Positions 16,074-25,949 of a stretch of DNA of 64,000 nt are shown here, one piece after another (the first letter of the stretch is position 1; every line of letters starts with the position of its first letter). Source of the DNA: Bacteroidetes bacterium ADurb.Bin139 (GTDB lineage: Bacteria > Bacteroidota > Bacteroidia > Bacteroidales > UBA932); contig MWDM01000004.1 in NCBI GenBank assembly GCA_002070565.1, positions 778-64,777 of the forward strand. The letters run 5' to 3'. A model generated the notes under the pieces. That model was not told the DNA's origin. It saw nothing but the letters and a program-made list of their open reading frames with translations, and ran no database searches. A program made the position numbers and the translations under genes.

Positions 16074-18822
16074 TGTATTTTTCTCTTTGACACATAGAAA
16101 TAAATGGACAGTGTATGCAATTGTCTACAAAATCTGTTTGTTTGAAAGGAATGTTAAAATTAAACAATTCTTCCAAAAGATTGCTTAAATAAGCAAGAAA
16201 CTCCTCCTCAATGTCTGCCAGGGTCTGTCTGCTATTCAGGCTGACTCTCTTATAACGGATGTTCCCGGTTGTCTTGCGTGAAAAGGGGGCGTTCAGGTAA
16301 AAGAGAAGGGGTAAGGGAAGTCCTGATCCACTAAAAGCCTTTCTGTATAGAAACACATAACATAGCACCTGGAAGACATCTTTGTTCCTGCCCGATAATT
16401 GTGGATCAAAAAGATCTTCAACGCCGGAAAAAGAATTTTTTTCAGAACCTGTTTTGTAATCAACAAGGAACAGTTCCCCATTGCGGGTGTCTAAGCGGTC
16501 TATGATTCCTGAAATCACTGCCTTCCCATAGGGGCATCTGAATTTTTTCTCAACGGCCAGCAAATGCGCCGGCCCCTGTTTGGCGTCGTATCTGATGAAA
16601 CGTCCGGCATAGAGACTGGCCACTTCAGAAAACAGCATCTGCCTGCCGGGTTCGATATGTATTCCTTCCCTGTCTTTTTTTTGCAGATATTCTTGCGTCA
16701 CTTCGGAAACCAGATGGCCCAAAAAGCTACCGGATTCTATCTTATGCAGCAATTCTTCTTTATCTATAACCTTTCCGATATATGGCCTGTAAAGGTTTTC
16801 AAGTACAGCGTGAACGATATTGCCAATATGCAGGGAATCAGATTCTTCTGTAACTTCTGCAGGCTCTTTCAGGGACAGCACATGCTTGTAAAAAAATTTC
16901 AGGGGGCAAAGGATATACGTTGTCAATGCCGTTGGGCTCAGGGTTTTTTGGGGGAAAGGGGTTAAGTACTCCTGTAACAGGTCTTTCACCGTCTCTGTTT
17001 TTGGCACTGTAACCTGCCTTGTTTTAGGCAGGGTATAGTCATAAACCAGGGGAGTGGTAATTACGGGCGAGTCTGGCAGTTCAAAAGAGATCTGGCGGAC
17101 AAAACGGCTGACCTCACCACGGGCGGGACCATCGGGATTGCTGTTCCAGATAAGAAAAACTTTTTTTGCCCGTTGCAGCAACCTGTAAAAATAGTATGCC
17201 TGAACAGCTGTATGATGTTCAGCGGACGGAAGGCCGAATGCTTTACCAATGTTACGGGGTATCAGGGAATTGTCTTTGAACATCTTTGGCATCACGTTTT
17301 CCTGGGCAGAGACGATAATTACATTCTCAAAATCCAGGCAACGTGTTTCCAGAAACCCCATAATTTGCAACCCTTTAAGCGGTTCCCCGCTGAAAGGAAT
17401 AGTGGCAAGGGAAAGGTGTTGCCTGATAAGCCGGCAAAACAATGCCATATCTATCTCTATGGAAGACCGGGATATGGCAAGGTACAGTTTGTTAAGCAGT
17501 TTTCTTGTTTCCCTGATAACGGGTGACAACATTACGTCGCTCAAAGGTAATGTGTTCGATTCGTCTATCGTATCCAGGATCCGGAGAAAAGTGGCGTACA
17601 AATCCTTGGTGTTTTCCGGCACTTTTTGTAAGGACCAGGCAATGCCCAGTTCCTGCACGTAAGGATGCATGCTTACAGGCCGGAAATCCTTTTCGGTACC
17701 GGGCCGGTCATAATAGCGCAAAAGCGAATCAAACAAGCCGAAAATGGATGTCTGGCGGAGCGGGAATCCCATGGTTACATTCATTTCCCAATTCTTATTC
17801 TCTTGTTGCCCCAATCCATAAAGCAGCGGCAGGAGCAGGTTTTCATCTCCCAGGACGACAGCTGTTCTTGTGTCCGGCGGGAGGTTGTTATCTTTTATGA
17901 TCTGGGAAACGATCTTGGCCTGCATGACGTAGGAAGGAACAGGAACCTCCCTTATTTCCCGGTGTTCAGCCAGCGGAGAATAGTCTTTGCAATAGCCTCC
18001 GGGAGGGGGGAATTCCTTTAGATTTTCTCTTAGGAATAATCCGGATTCCTGGACTGAATCTTCAATGTAATACGCATCGTAATCCCAGAAAAAATCTGCA
18101 CAATTTTCGTCTCTCAGGAACCGGAATAGTTTTTTTTCACAACTGTTGAGGGCGTTGAACCCGATAAAAACAAACCTGTAAAACTTATTGCCCCAATCCA
18201 GGTCTTTGTCCCCTTCCAGACTTTCGGCCATTTGCCTGTAGATCATACCTTCGTAGCATAGCCCCTTATTCTTGAGCACTGTGTTGAACTGCTGATATAA
18301 TTGCGGCAATTTTTCCCATATCGAAATAAAATGCCGATTCAGCAGATGGTCTGGCTGCACCTGGAATGAGGACCAGAAAGACATCAGGAGCTGTTGTTGT
18401 TCCGGGGAAAGAAAACTGAGATCCTGTCCGATCCGTTTCAGATCCCTTACATTGTGGAATAGTTCTTCTGCTTTGAGCAGGAATTTATCGACCTGGTCAA
18501 AATCTTGTAGAATAATATTGCCCAGGGAATAAAAACCATGCAAACCGTCGTCCTTGCCTGTAAGCTTTTTATATAGCTGGTACAACTCTGTAAGCAGCAA
18601 CAGGTGTTCTGTCTTTTTTCTGCCGGTAATTTTCTCTGCCAGCTGACTGATCCCCATAAGGGATGGCATCCAGATATCGTGTTCAAGATAACGTGATAAT
18701 TCTTTCTGAAAAAAAAGACTGGCCCTGCGTCCCGGAAAAACCAGGCAACAGTCCGATATTCTTTCCCCATATGTTTGATAGAGTGTTTTGGCAACGAAAT
18801 CAAGAAAAGAGATCCCTTTCAT
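16066..18822 (-). CDS. PD-(D/E)XK nuclease family protein, AddB/RexB-like
   Basis: The 918-aa protein has the C-terminal nuclease motifs IDRLD...LVDYKTG and a terminal cysteine cluster (C...CIHCPF..MC) like AddB-type Fe-S nucleases. Confidence 0.7.
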   Translation of the reverse strand: MKGISFLDFVAKTLYQTYGERISDCCLVFPGRRASLFFQKELSRYLEHDIWMPSLMGISQLAEKITGRKKTEHLLLLTELYQLYKKLTGKDDGLHGFYSLGNIILQDFDQVDKFLLKAEELFHNVRDLKRIGQDLSFLSPEQQQLLMSFWSSFQVQPDHLLNRHFISIWEKLPQLYQQFNTVLKNKGLCYEGMIYRQMAESLEGDKDLDWGNKFYRFVFIGFNALNSCEKKLFRFLRDENCADFFWDYDAYYIEDSVQESGLFLRENLKEFPPPGGYCKDYSPLAEHREIREVPVPSYVMQAKIVSQIIKDNNLPPDTRTAVVLGDENLLLPLLYGLGQQENKNWEMNVTMGFPLRQTSIFGLFDSLLRYYDRPGTEKDFRPVSMHPYVQELGIAWSLQKVPENTKDLYATFLRILDTIDESNTLPLSDVMLSPVIRETRKLLNKLYLAISRSSIEIDMALFCRLIRQHLSLATIPFSGEPLKGLQIMGFLETRCLDFENVIIVSAQENVMPKMFKDNSLIPRNIGKAFGLPSAEHHTAVQAYYFYRLLQRAKKVFLIWNSNPDGPARGEVSRFVRQISFELPDSPVITTPLVYDYTLPKTRQVTVPKTETVKDLLQEYLTPFPQKTLSPTALTTYILCPLKFFYKHVLSLKEPAEVTEESDSLHIGNIVHAVLENLYRPYIGKVIDKEELLHKIESGSFLGHLVSEVTQEYLQKKDREGIHIEPGRQMLFSEVASLYAGRFIRYDAKQGPAHLLAVEKKFRCPYGKAVISGIIDRLDTRNGELFLVDYKTGSEKNSFSGVEDLFDPQLSGRNKDVFQVLCYVFLYRKAFSGSGLPLPLLFYLNAPFSRKTTGNIRYKRVSLNSRQTLADIEEEFLAYLSNLLEELFNFNIPFKQTDFVDNCIHCPFISMCQREKYND

Positions 18823-19757
18823 CTTTTCAGCCTGAAATACTCCGCTGTACCGCTATGTCCGGGAAATGTCCCGGTATCACCAATATAGTAACCAAGCAAA
18901 GACTGCATATTGTTATAGTAGAATACCAGGAAATATGATGCTTCGGGATCCTGTGTCACGGGGTTGTAACGAGATTCTATGGTATTTCCGTAATTATCAC
19001 ATATATAAGTGTATTGTCCCATTAATGACCATGAACCATTATCCTCATCCCATTTTTCTTCATCTTCTGCTACAATCTTGCCTTTCCTGTCATGAGTACG
19101 TGTGTAACGGTATGCAGGCTTCCATGCATTGCTTACATGGTCCCACCTGTCAACCTGGTCTCCTGTTATTACCCCCTCATTATCATAAATATATGAATCC
19201 CTGATGAGGTTTTCCCAACCGATTACAGGGGTAATTACATGCGCCTTGATTAAAAATTTTCCACGCAACTTGATATCCCGCACAAATTCCCCGTTATTCC
19301 ATTTTTCACGTACAATATAAAGCAAACGTCCGTTAGCGTCATAAATATAGTGATCTCTTAAAGAATCTTCCCAAAGGCTTTTATCTGAACGATAGATCTG
19401 ATGGGTTTCTTTTTCCAGTCGTGAAGTTTCAGGTGAGAAAGAGCAAATGACTCTTGACACAGGGATCCATTTTCCGGACTGGTCATCTGGTTTTTCCTTC
19501 AGGGCACCCGTACGTATGCCATATATGTCGTAAGAATAGGAGATCCTGTAATCTTTGAGCCATGATTTGGTTTCGTTGCTCCAGGTGTCGCCGGTCTCTG
19601 TGAATTTGTTACCTCGTTCATCGTACGTAAATTGATACCTGCCCACAGCCTGACCGTTCTGATCGCTTGTAATGATGGTGCGTGGTTCCCACCAGGAATT
19701 TTGCATGCACCCGGTTAGGAGGATTAAGGCGGATAAGATAAAATTGAACTTTCTCAT
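18819..19757 (-). CDS. Hypothetical lipoprotein with degenerate YD-type repeats
   Basis: It has a lipobox (LLTGC). Motifs recur in the form Y.YD..G...W, for example FTYDERGN, YSYDIYG, YIYDANGR, YIYDNEGV and ICDNYGN. Confidence 0.55.
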   Translation of the reverse strand: MRKFNFILSALILLTGCMQNSWWEPRTIITSDQNGQAVGRYQFTYDERGNKFTETGDTWSNETKSWLKDYRISYSYDIYGIRTGALKEKPDDQSGKWIPVSRVICSFSPETSRLEKETHQIYRSDKSLWEDSLRDHYIYDANGRLLYIVREKWNNGEFVRDIKLRGKFLIKAHVITPVIGWENLIRDSYIYDNEGVITGDQVDRWDHVSNAWKPAYRYTRTHDRKGKIVAEDEEKWDEDNGSWSLMGQYTYICDNYGNTIESRYNPVTQDPEASYFLVFYYNNMQSLLGYYIGDTGTFPGHSGTAEYFRLKR

Positions 19758-19789
19758 GGTTTGATGTTAATAAATCCAGTCCGTTGTTG

Positions 19790-20187
19790 TGGAGATGGGC
19801 GGATTCGAACCGCCGTCCAAACAGAGCATCCAAAAGCTTTCTACACGTTTAGCCTTCATTTGTTTGTCGGGAGGATACTGCCTGCAGGCGGGCCATATAC
19901 CCCGTATCTCCTGAAATCTTATTGTAAAGCCGGAGATTCTTTACAACCAGCCCTTCGTAAACGATACCCCTTATGCAAAAATCCGGAGGGCGGAAATTCC
20001 TGCGGGATACTCGTCACCCCGGGCCTGGCCCGGAGCGATTAAGCGATCATTCCCAGGGAAGATCAGGCAGCGAGTGCGTAATTGTTATTGCCAGTTATGG
20101 CTTGAGTCCTGATATTAGGGAGCCGGGACACGAAGCTCCACGTGCTTACTTTCCAATGTCGTCTGCTGTCAAAACCAGAACATCCCC
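19790..20187 (-). ncRNA. ssrA: tmRNA (transfer-messenger RNA)
   Basis: The 5' GGGGAUG pairs with the 3' CAUCUCC, including the G3-U alanine identity pair. A T-arm GGCGGTTCGAATCCGCC is present. The internal tag ORF at 20092-20063 encodes GNNNYALAA followed by a stop. The terminal CCA is not encoded; the genome reads CAA. Confidence 0.95.
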
Positions 20188-20197
20188 ATTGTTGTTA

Positions 20198-20205
20198 CAA
20201 AGATA
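20198..20205 (-). promoter_or_regulatory. -7 promoter box TATCTTTG for ssrA
   Basis: The minus strand reads TATCTTTG 10 nt upstream of the mature tmRNA 5' end. This is consistent with a short leader removed by RNase P. Confidence 0.45.
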
Positions 20206-20214
20206 TGTAAAAAA

Positions 20215-20868
20215 TTAATGAATCAGGGTACGGAGTAAACCGGAAAGACCTTTTGTCGCTGCCACTATACCAAGTACCATGATGGCAAGACCGGCCACCC
20301 GGTTTATGTTCCACAATTGCCGGAGTCTGATTTTTTTCCTGAAAAGGCTTATGATTGTACTAAGCAAGAACCACCATGATGAAGAACCAATAAATACACC
20401 CAAAAGGATAGCGGATATGATAAAGGAACCAGAATTGCGGTCCACGGTGGTGCCAAGAAAAGCAAACACCCCGATTATCAGGAACAGACATCCCGGATTT
20501 GTGAAAGACATCAAAAAGCCGGTAAAATAATCTTCCCAGAATTTTTTTGATTCACGGTTCTGTCTCAATTGCTTTACAGGGTTGGTAGAGTAAATGACAA
20601 TTCCTATAATCATCAGACCCAGTCCGCTTATGAAAAAAAGGGGGTTTTTATTGTTTTCTATCAGGTTTTTTATGAAAGAAAGACTCAGGATGGCCAGAGA
20701 AGCATAGATAACATCCGAACTGGCTGCTCCCATGCCCACGACCAGTCCGGAGCGCTGTCCTTTGCTCAAAGTCCTTTGAATACAAAATAATCCTGCCGGA
20801 CCAAGCGGCATAGATACCGAAAAACCGGCAATCATACCCAGCAGCAGATTCAGTGGAAAATCATTCAT
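20215..20868 (-). CDS. LysE/RhtB family amino-acid exporter
   Basis: It is a six-TM protein with the N-terminal motif G..VS.PLGPAGLFCIQRTL typical of LysE translocators. The ATG is at 20868; the track start at 20877 is TTG. Confidence 0.7.
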   Translation of the reverse strand: MNDFPLNLLLGMIAGFSVSMPLGPAGLFCIQRTLSKGQRSGLVVGMGAASSDVIYASLAILSLSFIKNLIENNKNPLFFISGLGLMIIGIVIYSTNPVKQLRQNRESKKFWEDYFTGFLMSFTNPGCLFLIIGVFAFLGTTVDRNSGSFIISAILLGVFIGSSSWWFLLSTIISLFRKKIRLRQLWNINRVAGLAIMVLGIVAATKGLSGLLRTLIH

Positions 20869-20910
20869 GGCCGGCAAAGTTATTAAAATTTAAAAATTAA
20901 TAATAATTTG

Positions 20911-20918
20911 TAGATTTG
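20911..20918 (+). promoter_or_regulatory. -7 promoter box TAGATTTG for lnt
   Basis: It matches TAnnTTTG and is only 4 nt from the ATG at 20923. Confidence 0.45.
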
Positions 20919-20922
20919 TCTT

Positions 20923-22512
20923 ATGAACTCTATACGTAAGAACCTAACTTTGTCCGTCTTATCGGGCATTCTTTTGAGTATCCCATTCCTGCTCCCGCAT
21001 ACCGGCCTTGTCATGTTATTCGCTTTCGTCCCGCTTTTATGGATGGAACATGCTTTTACCATATCCGGAAACAGAGGATGCTGGAAATACTATGCCTTGA
21101 CTTTTGTCCTGTGGAACGCACTTACTGTGTTCTGGATTTCCTATAGTACACTTATTGGCGGCATCTTTGCCATTCTGGCCAATGCTTTCCAGATGTTTGC
21201 AATTTTTGTGGTTTTCAGACGGGTCAAAAAATGGTTGTTGCGAAAAGGGAAGCCGGAAATTTTTGCCCATTTATTCCTGGCATCCCTATGGATAGCCTGG
21301 GAATTTTTTTATTACAATGCCGAGATATCCTTCCCCTGGCTTGTCCTTGGCAATGGCTTCGCCAGCAACGTAAGCCTGGTGCAATGGTATGAGGTTACGG
21401 GGGTTTTGGGTGGGAGCCTGTGGATATGGGTGCTTAACCTCTTGTTTTTTTATGGATTCAGAGGTAAGCTAAAAAGCTGGAAGTCAATAGCTATAGTAAT
21501 AGTTCTAGTCGTACCTGTCATACTTTCTCTGATCAGATTTTATACCTATAAGGAGCCCGGCCGGCCTGTGGAGGTGGTGGTTGTCCAACCCAACATTGAT
21601 CCGGTTCATGAAAAATTTTCCTCCATGCCCCAGAGCGAACAGGATAAAAGGATCTTAGGTCTGGCCCGAACCATGATAACACCGGAAACCCAATTGGTTG
21701 TAGCTCCGGAAACCAGTATCAGGGAAGTAATTATCGGCAATTATTTTTCTGCACCATCTATGCTCCTGTATAAGGAACTGGTAAACGAGAATCCCAATGC
21801 CGCATTTATCTTTGGTGCCACCATGGTGGGTTTTCATCCGCATTCAGAGCGCAGGCCTACAATTGCATCCAGGCCATATTCCGGTGGTTGGTACGAAATT
21901 TTTAACTCGGCAATAATGCTGGACACAACAGACCGGATACAGATCTATCACAAGTCAAGACTTGTCACCGGGTCAGAGAAGATGCCCTATACAGACCTGT
22001 TTCCCTTCATAGAGCAGTTAGCTCTGAACCTGGGAGGAACATCCGGCACACTGAGCACGCAAAGCGGACGCACCGTGTTTACCCCTGCAAGCCGGGATTA
22101 TACCATAGGTGTGGCCATCTGTTACGAGTCCGTATACGGGGAGTTTCTGACAGGTTACGTGAAGAATGGCGCGAACCTCATGGCCGTCATAACAAACGAC
22201 GGGTGGTGGAGGAATACTCCGGGTTACAGGCAGCACGTGAGCTACGCATCCCTTAGGGCCATAGAAACAAGGCGCAGCATTGTACATTGTGCCAATACGG
22301 GTATATCGGCTTTGATCAATCAGAAAGGGGTGCGGACCATACAGACACCATGGTGGGTTCAGACAGCCATCAGTGGTACAGTTAATCTGAATGAAAAACT
22401 GACTCCGTATGTAAAATACGGTGATTACACGGGATGGATCGCTGTCTTTTTTATGATCCTGACAGGCCTTTATTCGGTTATCTGTGCATTTCCGGGACGC
22501 AGGAGGGGCTGA
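20923..22512 (+). CDS. lnt: Apolipoprotein N-acyltransferase
   Basis: It has an N-terminal multi-TM domain and a CN-hydrolase domain (VVVQPNIDP..., ICYESVYGEF, and a catalytic Cys context). Confidence 0.85.
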   Translation: MNSIRKNLTLSVLSGILLSIPFLLPHTGLVMLFAFVPLLWMEHAFTISGNRGCWKYYALTFVLWNALTVFWISYSTLIGGIFAILANAFQMFAIFVVFRRVKKWLLRKGKPEIFAHLFLASLWIAWEFFYYNAEISFPWLVLGNGFASNVSLVQWYEVTGVLGGSLWIWVLNLLFFYGFRGKLKSWKSIAIVIVLVVPVILSLIRFYTYKEPGRPVEVVVVQPNIDPVHEKFSSMPQSEQDKRILGLARTMITPETQLVVAPETSIREVIIGNYFSAPSMLLYKELVNENPNAAFIFGATMVGFHPHSERRPTIASRPYSGGWYEIFNSAIMLDTTDRIQIYHKSRLVTGSEKMPYTDLFPFIEQLALNLGGTSGTLSTQSGRTVFTPASRDYTIGVAICYESVYGEFLTGYVKNGANLMAVITNDGWWRNTPGYRQHVSYASLRAIETRRSIVHCANTGISALINQKGVRTIQTPWWVQTAISGTVNLNEKLTPYVKYGDYTGWIAVFFMILTGLYSVICAFPGRRRG

Positions 22513-24221
22513 ATGACAAGGGAAGGAGAGCGTACCGGGTCTCCGATTTTCAGGCGTTCCCAGTAGCTATCAACGTTCCGGATGGTTTCTGTGGAAGAGC
22601 AGCACACATTGGGCCAGGGCCTTGTAACACCCCGGTCACCCATTTTCTTGATGCAGGCATCTACATAGAGAACACCGTTTTCTATCCTGACGTCCCGTAT
22701 GGGATCGGCCTGGTTGATAGCAATCCAATAGCACATTGAAAGGTTTTTCAGATTAATCTCTTCATCTACTGCTATAAGGATGCGGGCTTGAGGATGGCCG
22801 ATCAAAGGATCGGCCTCTGATTTATGGTAGAACAGGCAGGGATTATCACCTCTGTCAGAGGTATGTGGCACAGGAACGCATTTATCGGTTGCATCGATGC
22901 ACATTTTGCCCCCGAACCCTCTCTGAGGAGAAGCATGGTCGGTAATACTCAGCGGGCCCCTGCTGAAAAAAGTGTCCCGGGACGGATTATAATGTTTCCT
23001 TAAGCAATCGTTTACCTGGTCAGGGTCAAAAACATTGACATGCTCATCAACCACGATAAGCAACTTGTTAAATGCTGTAAGGTTAGATCCCCAGATGGCA
23101 TGGGCCACCTTATGGATTTGTCCGGGATAGAATTTTTTCACGGCAATTATGGCTACCGAACCCGGGCTGGAGAAATAGGGTAAACACAATTTCCGTACTT
23201 CAGTGGCTAGGGACTGTTCAATTTTTATTTCCATAAAGACAGAGAGTGCTTTTGAGAAAAAAACCATAGAACGGTTCAATCCCAGAGAGGGAATGCTCAA
23301 AGGCAGAAGGGGTTTTTTCCTGTGGGTGATACAGGTAACATGCATCAGGGGTTCTTTGCCGCCAATAGAATAAAAGCCGGTATGTTCCCCGCAGGAAGCA
23401 GCTGGAACTGTTTGCGCATTCTTATCTATATATCCTTCAATAACCAGGTCGCTTTCTTCAGGAACTTCCAGCGGCTGGCTTATACAGGGAGCCTTGATAA
23501 TGGCTTTTTTACGTAAATAGCCTGTCAGAAGCAACGGGTCAATATCTGCAGACTGCGGAAGAATGCCTGTTAGCGTGTAAAGTGGGTCTCCTCCAAGAAA
23601 CAAGGCCAACGGTATTCTGCTTTTAGGGGAATCATTGATAAATCCGGCAGCATGGGAACAGGGTTCCAGCCTTATCTGGATGGTTGTCTTGGAATGCCAC
23701 TGGATCCGGGCCGATTCAATGATATAAGAATTCAGGTATGGATTCTTCATTATGAAAGGCACGTCGTACAGGCTGTGTGCCTCGTCAAAAGGACGATTCC
23801 TCAGAAAAGGAATCCTGTTAAGATCCGGTGGAAACAGGGCGATTTCCTGACAGGACCCCGCATGGGTCGTTCTTGGCATATATTGGGCCAATTCAGATAC
23901 CGGAGATTTTTTCAGGAACTTGCCAGCGGTATGGTACTGGGATATGGCTTCATAAAACGCAGATATCCTGGTTTCGACATCTTCCATATTATCCAGGCCA
24001 AAGGCCAATGCAAATTTTTTTTTAGAATTTAAAAAATTGGTGATGACAGGAAAGCTGGTCCCGTTGTTTTCAAACAGCAGGGCTTTGCCTCCATGGGGCA
24101 GACTGGCCTGCCTGTCGGTAATTTCGGCTATTTCCTGGTTGGGATCTACAAAACGGTTTATGGTAATCAATTCTTCGTTCTGCCTAAGGATTTTCAGGTA
24201 TTCGCCCAGGTTATGAATCAT
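22470..24221 (-). CDS. UbiD-family (prenyl-FMN dependent) decarboxylase, menaquinone/ubiquinone-type
   Basis: The N-terminus L..YL..L....EL..I...VDP..EIAEI..R and the overall architecture fit UbiD. At 583 aa it is longer than canonical UbiD. Confidence 0.7.
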   Translation of the reverse strand: MIHNLGEYLKILRQNEELITINRFVDPNQEIAEITDRQASLPHGGKALLFENNGTSFPVITNFLNSKKKFALAFGLDNMEDVETRISAFYEAISQYHTAGKFLKKSPVSELAQYMPRTTHAGSCQEIALFPPDLNRIPFLRNRPFDEAHSLYDVPFIMKNPYLNSYIIESARIQWHSKTTIQIRLEPCSHAAGFINDSPKSRIPLALFLGGDPLYTLTGILPQSADIDPLLLTGYLRKKAIIKAPCISQPLEVPEESDLVIEGYIDKNAQTVPAASCGEHTGFYSIGGKEPLMHVTCITHRKKPLLPLSIPSLGLNRSMVFFSKALSVFMEIKIEQSLATEVRKLCLPYFSSPGSVAIIAVKKFYPGQIHKVAHAIWGSNLTAFNKLLIVVDEHVNVFDPDQVNDCLRKHYNPSRDTFFSRGPLSITDHASPQRGFGGKMCIDATDKCVPVPHTSDRGDNPCLFYHKSEADPLIGHPQARILIAVDEEINLKNLSMCYWIAINQADPIRDVRIENGVLYVDACIKKMGDRGVTRPWPNVCCSSTETIRNVDSYWERLKIGDPVRSPSLVIQPLLRPGNAQITE

Positions 24222-24226
24222 ACAAC

Positions 24227-25942
24227 TTATTGATTTAGTTGATTGATAATTATGCTAAGAGCACCGGGAGAAAGGTAATCTGCAACAATGCCTTTTTCCC
24301 TGTCAAGAAGCAATATCAGGGGTGGATCAGATATATTATAAACCTTATGAATGCGGTCATCCGCAGCTGGATTCCAGACATTGATCCAATCTGAATATCC
24401 TCCCTCTATCAGCCATTTTTTCCAGGACTGGTAATCGTTGCCTGTATAAACGGCAAAAAAGACAAGGCCTTTATCCCTGGCGCTCAGGAACAACTCATAT
24501 AAACGGGCTGTCACCAGGCCGCATACAGAACATGCCGGATCGTAAAAATACAGAATAGTGTAGGGAGCCTGTATCCCATACAAGGTACAGGAGGTGCCGT
24601 TATCTGTTTCCAGCATCAGATCGGGTGCTTTGGGCAGGACAACCTCCTGCTTGCCGCTATGGTCCCTGATGAGCCTTTCCAGAGTTTCGGTATCCAGGTC
24701 TCTGCCAATTATTGTCTTGTTCTTGTCCAGAAGATAAATCCTGGGGGTGCTCCTGACATTGAATTTCTCATCAAACCCGGAACTGAAATCCGGATCCCAA
24801 AGAGTAGTCCAGTTTGAGGGGAAATAAGCCGCATATCTTGTCAGGATATCTTTGTTGTCTTGTGTGTAAACCGCAAAGTACTTCACATCGGGATCGTTAT
24901 AATCCCGGGCAAAACGGGTGAGCTTGAGTATTTCACGGCTGCACGCAGGGCAATTGTCTTCAAAAAAGAACAAGATGGTATACCGCGCTGCTGTCTGGTG
25001 CAGTGACTGCATCCTGCCATGCACATCGGGCAGGTTGAGTTCGGGAGCCCTCATGCCCAACAGGCATTGTTTGTTAAAACGGACAAACGTTTCCATCTCG
25101 CGCGCCAGCTCACGGTCCGGACAAAGGAGAGAATCTGCAAGCAACCAGCTGTCTGCCATATGAAACGCGGCATTTTCCATTCCCATGATCTCACTGGTAA
25201 AAAACAGGGTGAAAAGGTACCGGGCAACATAGCCTTTTACCTTTGGATGTATGTCTTGCTTCAGGATGCGGTCTGCATGAAAGATCAGAGAATCGGGCAG
25301 GGGGGGCAGGATTCCGGTAAAGAATTCTTTAAGTCTTAGAGGAAGTATGGACGTGTTCAGGATGCGGGGATCAGTAAAATCAATATTACCCAGGTAATGC
25401 ATGGTTGCTTCTCCCGGCCCGGCTGCAGGAGTGAATATGTTTTTAGCGATGATTCCCAGCATGTACCCTTCATACTCCCTGGCAAGAAAAGCAGCATACT
25501 CCCTGATGGTGGCTTCAAGATGCTCCACCTCTGCCAGTGATTTTTCCGGATCGTGTCCCTCTTCCAGGATTTCATTGGCCCGGGCATAATGCTCCTGCAG
25601 GAAACGGTTAAAGCGCATATAGGCATTGTTTTCTTCTGAACCTTCTGCCTGTACCTCCAATGTCCTGCCATCTTGCAGGTTTGCAGAAAAGGACAACTTA
25701 ATCGCTTCGGGGCAGGATATCAGAAAGTTGAACAACCTTCTGTTGTTCTGAACAAAGACATACTGTCCGGCTTCAAGAGAGAAGTCTCCTTCGAACCTGG
25801 CACAACCCCGGTAGTCCGGACTGACCGTATCTACCGGGATCACGTATTCTCCCTGCTGAAGGGCCAGAATTACCGGCGCATTGCTTCCCCCGTTCATACA
25901 TAGGGAAATGCTGTAGGAAAAGAGAATTATCAGAGACCACAT
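24227..25942 (-). CDS. Secreted protein with two thioredoxin-like (TlpA/redoxin) domains
   Basis: There are two CxxC motifs in a thioredoxin-fold context (FFFEDNCPACSREI and FYDPACSVCGLV). An N-terminal signal sequence is present. Confidence 0.7.
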   Translation of the reverse strand: MWSLIILFSYSISLCMNGGSNAPVILALQQGEYVIPVDTVSPDYRGCARFEGDFSLEAGQYVFVQNNRRLFNFLISCPEAIKLSFSANLQDGRTLEVQAEGSEENNAYMRFNRFLQEHYARANEILEEGHDPEKSLAEVEHLEATIREYAAFLAREYEGYMLGIIAKNIFTPAAGPGEATMHYLGNIDFTDPRILNTSILPLRLKEFFTGILPPLPDSLIFHADRILKQDIHPKVKGYVARYLFTLFFTSEIMGMENAAFHMADSWLLADSLLCPDRELAREMETFVRFNKQCLLGMRAPELNLPDVHGRMQSLHQTAARYTILFFFEDNCPACSREILKLTRFARDYNDPDVKYFAVYTQDNKDILTRYAAYFPSNWTTLWDPDFSSGFDEKFNVRSTPRIYLLDKNKTIIGRDLDTETLERLIRDHSGKQEVVLPKAPDLMLETDNGTSCTLYGIQAPYTILYFYDPACSVCGLVTARLYELFLSARDKGLVFFAVYTGNDYQSWKKWLIEGGYSDWINVWNPAADDRIHKVYNISDPPLILLLDREKGIVADYLSPGALSIIINQLNQ

Positions 25943-25949
25943 GCGGGTC

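Noticed and set aside
18819-20187. Possible genomic island integrated at the 3' end of ssrA.
   Set aside because: There is no integrase gene next to the tmRNA 3' end. I saw no second copy of the ssrA 3' terminus (ggttcgaatccgcccatctcca) in the downstream intergenic regions. The neighbouring genes are ordinary chromosomal genes. A full repeat search was not possible by eye.
19761-20218. ORFs 19761-20042 (93 aa) and 19973-20218 (81 aa) on the plus strand.
   Set aside because: They overlap the tmRNA gene on the opposite strand. The region is fully explained by ssrA.
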